DNA of 52,970 nucleotides, filler included, from Perkinsus olseni (Eukaryota): NCBI GenBank assembly GCA_013115125.1. It is 2 parts of 2 records of this genome, joined end to end, with 100 filler letters (N's around TTAATTAATTAA, not from the genome) between each part and the next. Parts side by side here need not be neighbours in the genome. Positions count along the whole stretch, not along the records: positions 1 to 26,436 come from JABANN010000481.1; positions 26,537 to 52,970 come from JABANN010000482.1. One strand, 5' to 3'. Shown piece by piece: positions 25,247 to 37,900 of this stretch (position 1 is its first letter; each line of letters starts with the position of its first letter). The notes under the pieces were generated by a model. It saw only the letters and a program-made list of their open reading frames with translations, ran no database searches and was not told where the DNA came from. The position numbers and the translations under genes were made by a program.

Positions 25247-26436
25247 TACCGTAGCGAACCACGTTTGGTCAAGTTTAGCCGCGACCTCAGGCGAACTTCG
25301 TCCTTCACGCGAACAGGTGTGTGTGTGAGTTTATATAGTCCAACGCGAACAGGAGATGTTGTTGCCGGCGTTATATCATATCTAGTTGCGTTAGTTCATT
25401 CAGTAGTCGTTATACACGTGGAGATGCCGAAACTGGCCGGATTAAGCGAAGAGGCTGCGACTCATATCAATACTTCTGATACTCGGCGATTCTCTCAAAC
25501 GAGTCCCCGAATATGATCGTCTGCTACATGCGTGTACGGTTTCGTATCTTAGACGCAGAAGCTTCACGACTCACCTTTGCTGTGAGGCGGTGAATTCTCG
25601 CTCAACATCAACAAAGAGTATCCCTCCGAGGCACTGGGCAGCGCTCAAGGAATCAAGAATCGTTTCAGTATACAGGCCTTCTCAGCTGGCCAGCTAGGAA
25701 TGGAGATACAATCGATGTGAAGCGACTTAAAACTTCGCAACTTTCACAGTTGCGCAACTCAGTACTGTTAGAGGGCGTGCTTGATGTATGCTCATCGCCC
25801 CTGACTTGACCGTATGCTTATATCGGCATTATGCAAAGTCATCCTACGGACATCGTACGGCAAACAACTTCTATCCACATCAGCAAGTCTTACGAAAACG
25901 CTCAGTAGAATCCGTGCGATGTTACGTCACATCGAGCTAACCAAGCTGATGACTGGTCGTCGTCGAAGACATGAACGATCGATTGACGGTTTGATGGACA
26001 TAGACGATTCTCCAGTAAAACTCCCAGAGAACATTCTCCATCGATTGATTTCACTTCTTCACGCAGTTAAGTAGCTCAATCGTGAAACATGGGAATGCTT
26101 CTCGTTATTGTTGTGGTTGGTCGAAGAGGGAGACATTTTCTGTGCAACCAATGCGGGTACAGAGCAGACGGGCCGCCGCAGCGGAGGGAAGCTAGACGGC
26201 TGTGACGCTAGGCTTAAGCCGCGAGTGGCAATTTTGGAGCCAAGAGGGTCAAGTAACGGTGTTTAAATCGTGTTCTCAGTCCGTCTTCTGAGTTTTCTGT
26301 GCTCCTGCTCTCGATTGCGACGATTGTCTCGATTGCGTAGTTTCTATTTTTATAAACTTCAATTATGGATTCCGCAACCACAAACGTTGTTTCTTCATTA
26401 CTTGAGGCTGCCTATGAAGGCGATATCAATCGCATG

Positions 26437-26536
26437 NNNNNNNNNNNNNNNNNNNNNNNNNNNNNNNNNNNNNNNNNNNNTTAATTAATTAANNNNNNNN
26501 NNNNNNNNNNNNNNNNNNNNNNNNNNNNNNNNNNNN
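26437..26536. other. Assembly gap with artificial TTAATTAATTAA linker
   Basis: 44 N + TTAATTAATTAA + 44 N; a contig-joining spacer. Confidence 0.95.
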
Positions 26537-26666
26537 GGATCGTCAGTTACACGTTGAATTTGGTCTTGGGAGCGCTCCCAGGATCGTCAGTTACACGTTG
26601 AATTTGGTCTTGGGAGCGCTCCCAGGATCGTCAGTTACACGTTGAATTTGGTCCTGGGAGCGCTCC
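26537..26666. repeat. 44-bp minisatellite (3 copies, truncated by the gap)
   Basis: GGATCGTCAGTTACACGTTGAATTTGGTCTTGGGAGCGCTCCCA at 26537, 26581 and 26625 (third copy slightly diverged). Confidence 0.92.
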
Positions 26667-27802
26667 TAAAATTCGGGAGGGATCTATTGAACACCATCTA
26701 TACTGCATCATATTAACTCCTCGCAGCGCACGCACGCACGCACGCACGAGCGAGCGGAAACACCACCACCTACGTCACCCCCCTGCCCGTTGGTCGTCGT
26801 GATACCCTCTGCCGGAGAGAAGGTGTAAGATAAGGAGCATGTTTCCTGATACAGAAGATGAGGGGCCGAGGAGAAACGTACAGCGGTATCCTACTCTGCG
26901 ACGAGGTCGTGCTTTTTTCACCTAAGAGAAAATAGGTCGTTATACATGCTAGCTATGAGCCTCTCTAACCTCATTTTTTCCGATACCGAGATATGCTTCA
27001 GCGTGGCGAGTAAGGAACCAGGTCATGTCCTGAGGAAGGCCAACAATCAGAAGGCATCCAATAGCTAACGCCACTAGAAGGACCCCAGAGTAGCCTACAG
27101 CGGTGTAAGATGGCTCCTTGACGGCCCCCTCGACGACCTCCATATCCTAACAAACACGTAAATTCGGCCGCACGCCTGCTCCCCGCTACACACCGGCTTC
27201 CGTAGTTCTCTAAACAACACTGTTACTGACCTGCTTCGGCTTCCCACCCCTAGATACGAGTCGTTTAAGAGATGGTATTTTCCACTTCTTTCGCTTCGGT
27301 TTCCCCCCCGATGCGCTGCCGGTGGCCGCGTGAATGTTCTGCACGATGAGTGCGAAACAGGCAGCCGCTGCAGGGAGATTCCGCATTGAATGAGGGACGA
27401 GAAAACACACGAACGCTCGAGGAGATCTCTTCCGCAGGCCTGTGATACTGCTCTGCATGGGAATCGCCTGTGCGTGAATCGATAGTCCAACGCCGGTACC
27501 GACTTAGTTACTCTTGCTGCACACGGCGGCACGGAGTGATCATCGAATGGCCTCTCAAAAGGTTTCCCTCGAGGGGTATGTTCTGACTGAGAAGATCCCT
27601 CCTCCTGTGGGATCCGCTGACGCATCTGAGGGGCTTTGCAAACCACCACCACACATGTCTCGTCACGGCCCGCCACCACGAGCATCATGCATCGGGAACT
27701 TAAGACATGGCTCGACAGACCCTTCGCAGGGTAACAGCAGTCTCGTTCTGGAATCGCCTTATGGTACAACAACTTCGAGCGACTCGTACGAGACGTACTC
27801 GT

Positions 27803-28162
27803 AATTGATTGTACTATCGCGCGCGCTTGCGAAATTGATCGTACTATCACGCGCGCTGGCGAAATTGATCGTACTATCACGCGCGCTGGCGAAATTGATC
27901 TTACTAAGGCATATCTTGGCGCGGGGGGATCGCTCGNNNNNNNNNNNNNNNNNNNNNNNNNNNNNNNNNNNNNNNNNNNNNNNNNNNNNNNNNNNNNNNN
28001 NNNNNNNNNNNNNNNNNNNNNNNNNNNNNNNNNNNCCCCTGCGAAATTGATCTTACTAAGGCATATCTTGGCGCGGGGGGATCGCTCGCCCTGCGAAATT
28101 GATCTTACTAAGGCATATCTTGGCGCGGGGGGATCGCTCGCCCTGCGAAATTGATCTTACTG
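27803..28162. repeat. Composite minisatellite (30-bp units, then 52-bp units) spanning a gap
   Basis: AATTGATCGTACTATCACGCGCGCTGGCGA about x3, then CCCTGCGAAATTGATCTTACTAAGGCATATCTTGGCGCGGGGGGATCGCTCG units. N gap at 27937-28035. Confidence 0.9.
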
Positions 28163-28340
28163 AGCGCGAAATAGGCATTTAAAAGGTGTAGTGCCACTCT
28201 CACGTTCACACCAACAATCGCAAGACGCTTCACGTAGTTCAACAGGGACCCATAGCTGGACCACAGAGGTCTCTCTGGATGAGTATGATGTACCGTAGCC
28301 GACCTTACACTTAACTCACAATCGATGGTAGTTGATTACT

Positions 28341-31206
28341 ATGGCCTCACTTGATGACGACGCGTCCGCCTATGAAAGCGTGGTATCAGTAAATTCTGTT
28401 CTCTTCTCTGCCGGCCTGTTGCTGACCTTCGTATGGGGGTACTAAAAGTGCACTACAGTCCAGAGGTATACGACCATTCAGGTATCTCGTTAACACTGGT
28501 CGGGTCAAGCACATATCACAATCGACGGGGGCGGTTTTAATTGGCTTCATAATGGGCATTGTGGGGTCCTAGGTTCACCAGCGTCGAATGATGTTCTCTT
28601 CAGGTGGTCAGGCTGCTGGGAGTTGCAGACCGAAAGGAGATGTTGGGCATGAGCGCGGAACTGTTCTATTTTGTGAGTGAAGCCAGGCTCACGATGTAGC
28701 ATGAAATCCGCGTCTATTAGTTGGCTGAGTAAGGTCGCTCCATGCCCAACATCTCTAGGCTCGCGAGGAGGGCAGGGCATGAATGGCCCTTGTGGCGAAC
28801 AGTAAGCCTTAGTGTTTACTAGGCACTCCTACCGCCAATAATATTCGACGCCAGCTTTTCGCTTAACACGAACATGTTCATGAGCAACCTCACTTCCATT
28901 CTAACATTCGCGTTTATCGGTAGTACGGGGCGAACTGCTCACCCACTCCGGCGCGGATTCCGTGGCTGGTATCCTTGACGGCCCAGGCACAACCATATCA
29001 GCCTACGTCACCTCAATAGGGTTGTGGACTTTCTCCACTTCTTGGCTGGTGGGTCTGAAGAACACGGAAGCCCTCCGAGGATACTGCATGACGTTCGGTG
29101 CCCTCATATCCAGTAGGGCTTCCTCCTAATTTCCGAGGTAGTACACTCCGGTGAAGGTACCGATCCAGTGGCGGTGATGGCCCTAATGGGCGGGTCCAAG
29201 TACAGACCGAATAAGACCTTGCATTCGCTGGTCTTCGGTGAGAGCGTTCTTAACGATGCGGTGGCAATCGTGCTCTTCGCGGCATACCAACGTAAAAAAC
29301 AAGCGCTTCTCGGACGACGGCCGGTAGGACGGTCAGGTCTTGGTGCTCATTTCAGAGGCATATTTCAGCGCACGAGGCACCTCCTCTGGGTTAGCACAGA
29401 GCCCGTTACTGCTCTTCTTAACAGGTAGTATGGAGAGGTCTCCGGTTCGATTCCTGGCGGGAACGTTCGTGAAAAGCCTAGTCCGCTTCGAGTACCCTAG
29501 TCACATAGTGAAGGGCATTGAGTGCTCGCATGAGGAGAAGCCTCAGGTTGATGAGGCGGGGTTCACGGCGCTCACCAGACGCCGGCTCCGGACTGGAGTG
29601 ACGGGCGACGGGTTGTCTATAGTCAACTGGGTCCGGTTGTCTATAGTGCCCCAGGCGAAGATACTCATGGGTATCGCCCTTTTCGTAGTTACCTTCGGGT
29701 CCGTTATATTCGGTATCCTCAGCGGAGCCCTCGTCAGCGCCAGCTACCGTAAATCGTGAGTCTGGCCAGTCAATGCACACGCTGCTAGTCTGCACAATCG
29801 CGGCCATCAGGTCCCTGGTGTCCTACCCCAAGTACGAGATCGCGGGTATGTTTCTGTCGATCTACCTTACTTTCTCTCTGGCGGAGTTGTTGGGACTGAG
29901 CGGAATTATGGCGATATTCTTTTTTGGCTTGGTGAGAAGCGACACAGCATCCTCGCTTCGATGCCCGTCCCTTCCCTCAGATGTTGTGTCGCTATAATTT
30001 CCACAACCTCTCCAAGCCCTCGCAAGTCGCATCCAAATTGGTCTTCGAGACTCTAGCTTTCTTTTCCGAGACGCTTGTAAGCCGCCGGCGGTTGTCATCG
30101 TCAGTAGCGTCCTCCATTGTATTCACCAGGTTTTCCTCTACCTCGGAGTTGTTGCCTGCATGTCCGTAGGCGAGTACCATTGGAACTTGGGGCTCATACT
30201 GTTCACCCTCGTCCTCATAGTAAGTCTCATGGGCTGCGACTGTCTTACGCCGTCGAAGTTGGATCTGGGGTACACTGACTGAGCCTCGCGCAACCAAATT
30301 CCGTGACTACCATCCATCGCCCGCTTCCCTTCAGGTGTTGGCCAGAGCGTGTAATGTGTTCCCTCTGTCGTGGCTCCTCAACCACTCCACCCGGTACGAC
30401 CCCATCAGTAGGAACTCACAGATAGTAGCATGGCGCGCCACCGTCGGCTACTCTTCTACCGCTCCTCCTTCCTGAGGTCTTGTGGCTAGCTGGTATAAGA
30501 GGAGCGATCGCCTTCGTGTTGATGCTCCGGGTACCCACTAGAGTTGGTGACGATACACGAGACCTCCTCGTTACTACAACAATATCAGTACTACCAACAG
30601 CCTCCCTCCCGTGCATGAAAGCTCTTCTCTCTCGAAAAGTGTTTGTGTTCCTCTGCAGGTTGTGTTCGTAACGACTCTGGTGGGAGGATCTTTGGTGGAG
30701 CACGTCGCTGTTATGCTGGGGGAACTTCGACCTGCAGCGGCGCCCCTGCCGACGCAGGAGACAAGCGAACCCGAGATTACTATAACCGATCCTTCTGCTA
30801 TCGACCCTGGCCTCTTCTACGTAGCAGTGCTCCTCCATCACCAGTGGCTCATTGACTCTCTAGGTACCGCCGGCCGCGTCCTCGAGCAGGAGCGCGGCTG
30901 GTCGAGTGACGCTGTCCACGGAGCTTGGTGAGAGGCTCGGTGGCGCGCTCGAGCACGTTGATCGGACATACGTACAGCAGCATCTCGGAGGGGCGGGAGT
31001 TGACTCTATCGGAGAGGGCAGCCATCAACGAGGTGGGGCATCATAGCGTCCCGTTTCCCTCTGAGATGGTTAGTCGGGGCCAGCTTGGCTCCGTAACCGT
31101 CACCGGCCCTCCGCCGTCTTCTCAGACGCGATACGTGGAGAGCACCCTGCCGAGCCGGGAATCGATATCGACACCTATTATGAAGATAGTGAAGCCAAAC
31201 GATTGA
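28341..31206 (+). CDS. Sodium/hydrogen exchanger (CPA1/NHE family), multi-exon
   Basis: LLPPIIFDASFSL, TDPVAVMA, LVFGESVLNDAVAIVL, AELLGLSGIMAIFFFG, WLAGIRGAIAF. Confidence 0.93.
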
Positions 31207-31987
31207 TGATGGGCCGAGCGGTGGTCTTCGAGTGATGACCCATTGCAAAGCTTGTCACTCGCCTGTCTCGGGTTTTGCCCCGCGTTTATTGCACTACGTT
31301 TAATATTGATAGATTCTGGAGTACACTTTTGCTATCATCTCGATCATCCTCTCTACTGAGCTTGGTGCTTGGGTTTTGCAGTAGCTACGTTATCACCAAT
31401 CCAGCTCGCTTTGCTCAGTGGAACTCCTAGGTTAATGATGAACTCGGAAAGCAGAACGGTGTTCAGAGAACGGCAAGTAGCTCTTCAGAAACTTCTCCGA
31501 ACTCTCCCAGGCTGTGGGGTCGCCAATTTGTCCGAGATTCCAACATCGCTTCGCGTATGCATCTCGCGACTCGAAGGCTGAGGTTTTCAGCGGTGCCTCC
31601 ACACGAGGTTGTAAAGAGATCGCAGTAGACTTGAAAAGCACTAGCGGTATGGTTCAAACCGGAAATGATACCTATGTGACTGTTGTGTGGTACACAACCA
31701 CAGTTTTTTTTCGGTACCATGGCACCTGTTTCTGATGACGCCGTTCAGAACCTCCTTGAGCGTGTCGAGGAAGCCCAGGTCGGCATTTCAGAACTCTGCT
31801 CTGACACCGGGGTGGATGATGGAGCCTAGGCTACTGCGTATCGTCCTTGCCCAAAACAATCAAGTGATGTCTCCAAAGTTAGATCTCCACAAGGCTCATG
31901 ATATATACACTAGATCAGCGCAACATAGACGTGGAACAGGAAATGTGCAATTGTACACAATTTGACGTAATAATGACAGGATAATGA

Positions 31988-34900
31988 CTAGAAGCGGCCG
32001 ATTCGTTGCCGCTGTTTAATGGTGCGTGCTAAGACATCCCGCTCCTCGAAGGAGAAGGCGTCGAGCGGTGGCTGGAGGGACTCGTCGTAGGTTTGGCGAA
32101 TTATGGCGAAGCCCGGCTGCAGGGTTGAATCTGAAATTGAAACGTTACGAAGAGATCAAATCTCAGAGCTCGTTGCACCTGATCCAGTAACCGCGATAGT
32201 CCCATTCGCGCAAGTCGGGCAGGTGAAGCTGGTCGCATCGGGCGACACACCGGCACACTTTTGGTGATACCACTTATCGCACACATCGCAGGTGATCCAC
32301 GCATCGGTGTCAGTATAAAGGGTAGTGACCACATTGCAGATCTCACACATATCAGTGTACACCTACAAAGAACTCCAGTAGGTGGCAGCCCGTTTCCTCC
32401 AGGCGAGCTTACCGTCGAGAAGTGTCGACAGCACTCCGCGATGTAAAAGAATCTCATCTGAAGGGTGTTGCGGATGTACTCGTCAACCGGTGGTGCCAAG
32501 ACGGGATTGTCGCATGCTCGCGACAAGAGGGGAGCATCAGGGAGACGCTCCGGGTGCTCGAAAATGTCAGTGCATCGCAAATTGTGTGTAGCCCAGTACT
32601 CCTGATCACAAAAGCTGACTTGCTTCACGGTGCGATGATTATTCCCTTACCAATGTTCGTCGGTCGCCAACCCACGGCCGAGGCCTAGTCCTGTCAATCC
32701 CCAAGTTGTGGACGAGACACTGGGCCCGAACTCTCCAGTCGAAGGCTGCCTCGATGATTGTAATCACTCTGTACTCAACCAGCAGGGCCAATGGCAGGCG
32801 ATCGATCTTCATTAAAACCTCCTGAACAGAACAGAGCATCAAGTCTCCAGGGGAACGTCATTTATCTCACCAGTAAGTCGTCCACCGAGATCATCACCAA
32901 CGGCTTCATATCATCGCCATTCCCTTCCGCCCCTTCACCTTGTCGTGGCGGTGGCTCCATGCTGAGGTGCAGCTCCCAGGGCTCGCAGTCCGCAGCCGAA
33001 ATTCCCGAGCTCCGTCCTGGCCATGGAGACCCCTTAGCCGCAAGAGGCGTGTGGAGCCGCTCACCCTCGACAGAGGATGGCCGAAGGACCTTGAACCTCC
33101 TCAGGATAGATCTCACGCTCTTCATGGTGCGACCCAGCACCCGATAGAGCTGCTGCACCTCCGGCACCTTCAGTCGAAGCCTCCTGCTCCACGCCAGCAA
33201 CGCCACGCAATCAGGCACTGAAAGAACAACACGTCAACCGACGACGAGGCAGGACGCTCACCAGTGGGCTTGGGGCTCTGCAGCCTCGTCATGAGTGATC
33301 CCTTCTCAGCTCGCCTCTGCTCCGGGGTCATCGTAGCGAGTATCTAAGCAACCAACAGAATACAGCCGGTACGCGTGCAGCCATACCAACCCTTCGCCTC
33401 TTCCTAATCTCTACTTCCACCGGTGGCTCCACCCTCGATACTCTCGGAGCATCCCAGGGCGCCAAGTCCAGTACACGCATCGACCAGGGCAGAGACTCCG
33501 ACGGGGTCTCCGTTGCCAGTAGCTCCAAAGCCTTGTTCCGCCTGGTGGGCTTCCTAGGCGGGTAGTAAAGGGGAAGGGGATACGCGTAATCAGGGACCCC
33601 GTCCACCCCTGGCTGGAGGCGTCCTTGGACTAGTGAGTCCCGAATGGCCAACTCGATGATATTGCCGATCTCCTCATCAATCTCTTCGTCGCCATCCGGT
33701 CCCCCATCAGCAACACTAAGACAGTGATGGACCTAAAAGAGATGACCTGTGCTGTGGAGCTACACCTAGCCTGAAGGGAGCCTACCTGTCGCTCGAGTGT
33801 CGAGGCCTCCTCCACCGCTCTCTCCAATTCCGACAACAGATGACCATCGCAAGTGAAGACTGCATGCCTTAGCTCGGGTGGGCACTCAGAAGGCCCTTCA
33901 GAGAAGCTCTCTTCCGACTGACAAGAAGCGTTCAAGCGCTCGTGAACACCCTCAGTGTCACCACCTACCGCAGGAGACTTCAACACCCTGGTGGAGGGAG
34001 CATCGACTGAGTGGCATATTTGTCTCGCTCTCTCCAGTGTGCATTCCGGATCGGCCAAGGCCTCAGACAGACGAGCGTTGTCCGACCTAGCGCGAAGCTC
34101 TCGCGACAACCACTTGTCGGCCCCTCCTTGGACGAGCAGCTTCTTGGACTCAGCAAGCAAGCCACGCAGATTCTCTTCGACCGGGTCAGAAGGAGGTGTG
34201 CCTGAGCGTACGATGGATACTGTAACCCCTCCACATCCAGAGGCCGCCGGTTCGATCCCTGGTCTCACCATTTTCTCCCTCAGAAGTAGTCGCAGTAGAC
34301 CTCCCAGGGCTGCCACCAATGATCCGCTTCGTGTAGCTATCAACGATCGCCGCCATCGACTTCCTCCAGTTCTCCTTCGATTCGGCAATTTGTTGCGACA
34401 AGGAGCGCCACTCTTCCGAAGCAACGATCAGCTCCCGGCACTTAGCGAACTCCTCATCTTCCACCGAGGCCGCTCGGATGACCTCCTCAGCGCTTTGCAG
34501 GGAAATTCTCCTGACGTGAAGGGACCATCAGACACTCACAATCAACTCGAGGGCGCCCCTCACTTCCTCCTTGACCGTCGGCTCAGGTACAGAGAGTACC
34601 ACTGGTCAGCCTCGGCAGCCGCTTTGACGAATTGCCCGTCCACCGGCACTTCCACGTCGAAGGCATCGAGCTGTGCCATGAGCTTCCTCAGAGCACCGAG
34701 TGAGAACTGAGCCGCCGAGTCCGCCTCTCTCTTCGCCAACAGGTCTGCCAACTCCTGTTGCCATTCCCTTGCAGCTTCCTCCGCGGCGAGCGCACCGGCG
34801 ATAAAGCCAACCTGTCCACCACTCAATCATCGAAGAGCTAAGGGCGTACATTTCTTATCTACTGGCGTGAATAATGACAGAATTCAGCGGAAAAAATACC

Positions 34901-37900
34901 CTTCAATTGATTTTCAGGATTGCCGTACCTGGGCGAGAAAGTCTCTTGTGGCCATGTCCTTGAGCACTGGATCCTCGTCGAGCTCCCGAACATACCCGCC
35001 AACCTACACAGGAGTATCACCACCCCCAAGATGAGATCCACCCTACAGCTTCCAATGACGGTCTCGAAGCTCCTTCCATCCGCTTCTCGTTCTCGTCCCA
35101 GTGGAAGAGCTCTCGAGCCCTCCGTTGCCACTCCAAAAGCGTGTTCACCAACGACCTCAGCGAGCTGCAGAAACAACAATCAACGACTGACCTTACTTCA
35201 AGAAGAAAGGTGTCACCTCTCGAAAGCCGCGACACGGGACCTCGACCGATCGACGGCAGCCAGCAACTCCAAGAGTTGTCCAAAAAGTGATGACTCGGCC
35301 TCCTCTGTGGCCTTCCGCTTCTGCGATTCGATTTTCTCGGACGGCGCTTCCGCTGGCTCTTCCTTGACATCTTGCTCTCTTGCTTCCACTCGGCTTTTCT
35401 CCATTCGTTGTACTAGGTGCAGCGTTCTTCTCTCCAACTCAGAGTTTTCAGTCAGTATGTCATCAATTTTGGCCACTAATTCCGGGACCCTCACCAAGCC
35501 ACTATCGATCTCCCGGATCACCCGACTCAAATGCTGCCAGCCCGAAATCTCTATCGGCCTAGCGAACCTGAGAGAAAAATACCTGCACCAGGAATCGAAC
35601 CCGAGACCTCACTCACCCCAACAGACCCCGAGCAGCCGATTCGATGCCAGTGAGGGTCGAGATCAGATCCCACTCTCCCTCACAGGTCGAATCTCTAACC
35701 CGATAGGATTCGAACTCCACCGCAGCCTCCTCGGTCGAGCTCGAAGATTCCTTGCTATCTTCGACCTTGGCTTCCTTCTCCTCCTTCTCCAAGCTGACTT
35801 GCCACCTCTCCTCCCACACAGGTAAGGACTCGATGAGGGACGTACAGGCCTGCAGCCACAATCAACATCACTCGTGATCTCACCCACAAGATGCCGATTC
35901 CCAAGTAATAGTGAAATATTTACCAATTACTACTAAGTTACGACTCGTAACTTAGTAGAAATTTAATCTAATAATAATAGTTTAATTAAACTTTTGTTTT
36001 GTAAAAACTCGCAATTCACAAGTTTTCACTGTAAAAACTCGTACTTCCTAAGTTTTCACTGTAAAAACTCGTAATTTGCATATTTTCCCTGTAAAAACTC
36101 GTAATTTGCAAATTTTCCATGTAAAAACTCGTAATTTGCAAATTTTCCCTGTAAAAACTCGTAATTTGCAAATTTTTCCTGTAAAAACTCGTAATTTGCA
36201 AATTTTCCCTGTAAAAACTCGTAATTTGCAAATTTTTCCTGTAAAGACCCGTAATTTGCAAATTTTCCCTGTAAAAACTCGTAATTTACAAGTTTTCATT
36301 GTAAAACCGCCAACGAAAGGCTCACCTTTTCGATCTTGAGAAGTGTCTGGTCGAACTGCCCCGGCTCCTGCGATGGCGGGGTCACCAGTGGCGAGGTTGT
36401 CCCCTCCGCCCTCTGCAAAGCCTTCAACCTGTTCGGGTATCTCCCGCTCAGTTCCTCCAATGACGATGAGGTGAGAGGCATCTGACGCGCCAGAAGCATG
36501 GATCAACCTAAGATACTCCCCGAAGATAAACTTACCCTGCTGACCTCCCTCCGGACATCCCAAGCCCACACCTCCTCCCTCATTGCAGTGAGGAGGTCAT
36601 CGAGCAGATCCCCAGCCTTCGTCCCGACTATACCAGTACGCATGTAGTCCATGAAAAAGAAGGAAAGGGCCCGCAGTCCTCCAACAGGTCGAGGAAACTG
36701 ACAGCAGATCAAGATCAGTGATGGCGATGATGACGCATCAACCCACCACAGCCAGCTCCCCCGAAGGGCTTGTCAGCTGCTTCACTCGTGCCTCCCACGC
36801 GTCGACCCCGCCCGCCACCCGACAGATCTTGCTGTAGAGAACCTCGTCCCGAAAACTCAACCATTTGCCGCTGTCACGCAGTTCGACAAAAGTCCTAGAG
36901 CTCGGCAGGAAGTCCAGATTCTCCCGGATCTCTCGATCATAAAGGGCCACTTGCCATCTTAACTCCTCTAGCAGATTCTCAACGAACGCTGGTCCCCTCC
37001 GTCCAGCGCCACTCCCCGCCTTGGGACTCAGAGAAGGACCCTGCTCATCTATCGACAGCCGGTCGCAGCTGACGCATATCTTTCTCGTGTATCCGACCTC
37101 CCAAGCCTCCACCGCCCTCTCAGCCCTCCTCTCCCACTCCTCGCCCCTCTCGACCGCAGACTTGACACTATTGAGACACTTCGACAAGTCCACTGCCTTC
37201 GCTATGCCACTCTTCCTGATCTCCTCCAGTACCATCCTTCCCTCAACAGCCGATTTCGGTACCCCCTCTAGCAGACGACGGCACCTCTCCTCCCATGCCG
37301 TCGCTCGCCTTATCAGCGATTCCAATCGACGACAAACCTCGGGCACGCAGACCCGAGGCAGCTGGTAATGCTCTTCCCACAGCTCACGGAGGCCGACTAC
37401 CGAGAGGGCCCCTCCACACTCAACGCTCTCCACCAGGCCTTTGCCGCTCAACTGCGCAACGTCAACAGCCAGGGCTCGAAGAGCTCGGTCCCGCCAGGCC
37501 ATGCCAGCGTCTTTCGCCTCCTCCAAGACCCCAACGATCTCACTCGACGCGCTAGTATCATCATCCGTCAAACCTCGGGCATTGAGGTCGTCCAGCAGCT
37601 CCATCACTACATGCAGTGGTACACGACTTCTCTTCCCTTCCAGCTTGGCCTTCGCTCTCTCCGTCCACTCCGATAACGCAGGGGTGGCAGAGCTTGAGAC
37701 TGTTGGCTTCACCGTAGCCGACGCGTCAGTCGGAGACAAGTGCCTGAAACCAGTTAGCAGCTATCAGCACACCGACGGCGGCAAGAGCGGTGTACCTAAG
37801 GGCCCTCGCTGGGAGGACTTGCAAGGCCTCCCCTTCCTTCATCATCTGCTCCCTCTCCTCCTTCTGCCACCGGTCTTGGAGCACCCGTGCTTCGAAGGCC

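Noticed and set aside
26481-26492. TTAATTAATTAA palindrome between N runs
   Set aside because: Artificial contig-joining linker, not biological.
27095-27880. 261-aa minus-strand ORF as a possible transposase
   Set aside because: Starts inside the minisatellite and has no DDE, RT or other recognisable motif.
26537-28162. Possible CRISPR arrays (palindromic 44-bp and 52-bp repeats)
   Set aside because: Units are head-to-tail with no unique spacers, there are no cas genes, and the context is eukaryotic.
33955-35825. Long plus-strand ORFs (251 and 301 aa)
   Set aside because: Antisense shadows of the minus-strand PLU-1/PHD gene.
36016-36569. Repetitive ORFs (KICKLRVFTG)n and (QITSFYREN)n
   Set aside because: Translations of the intronic 30-bp minisatellite.
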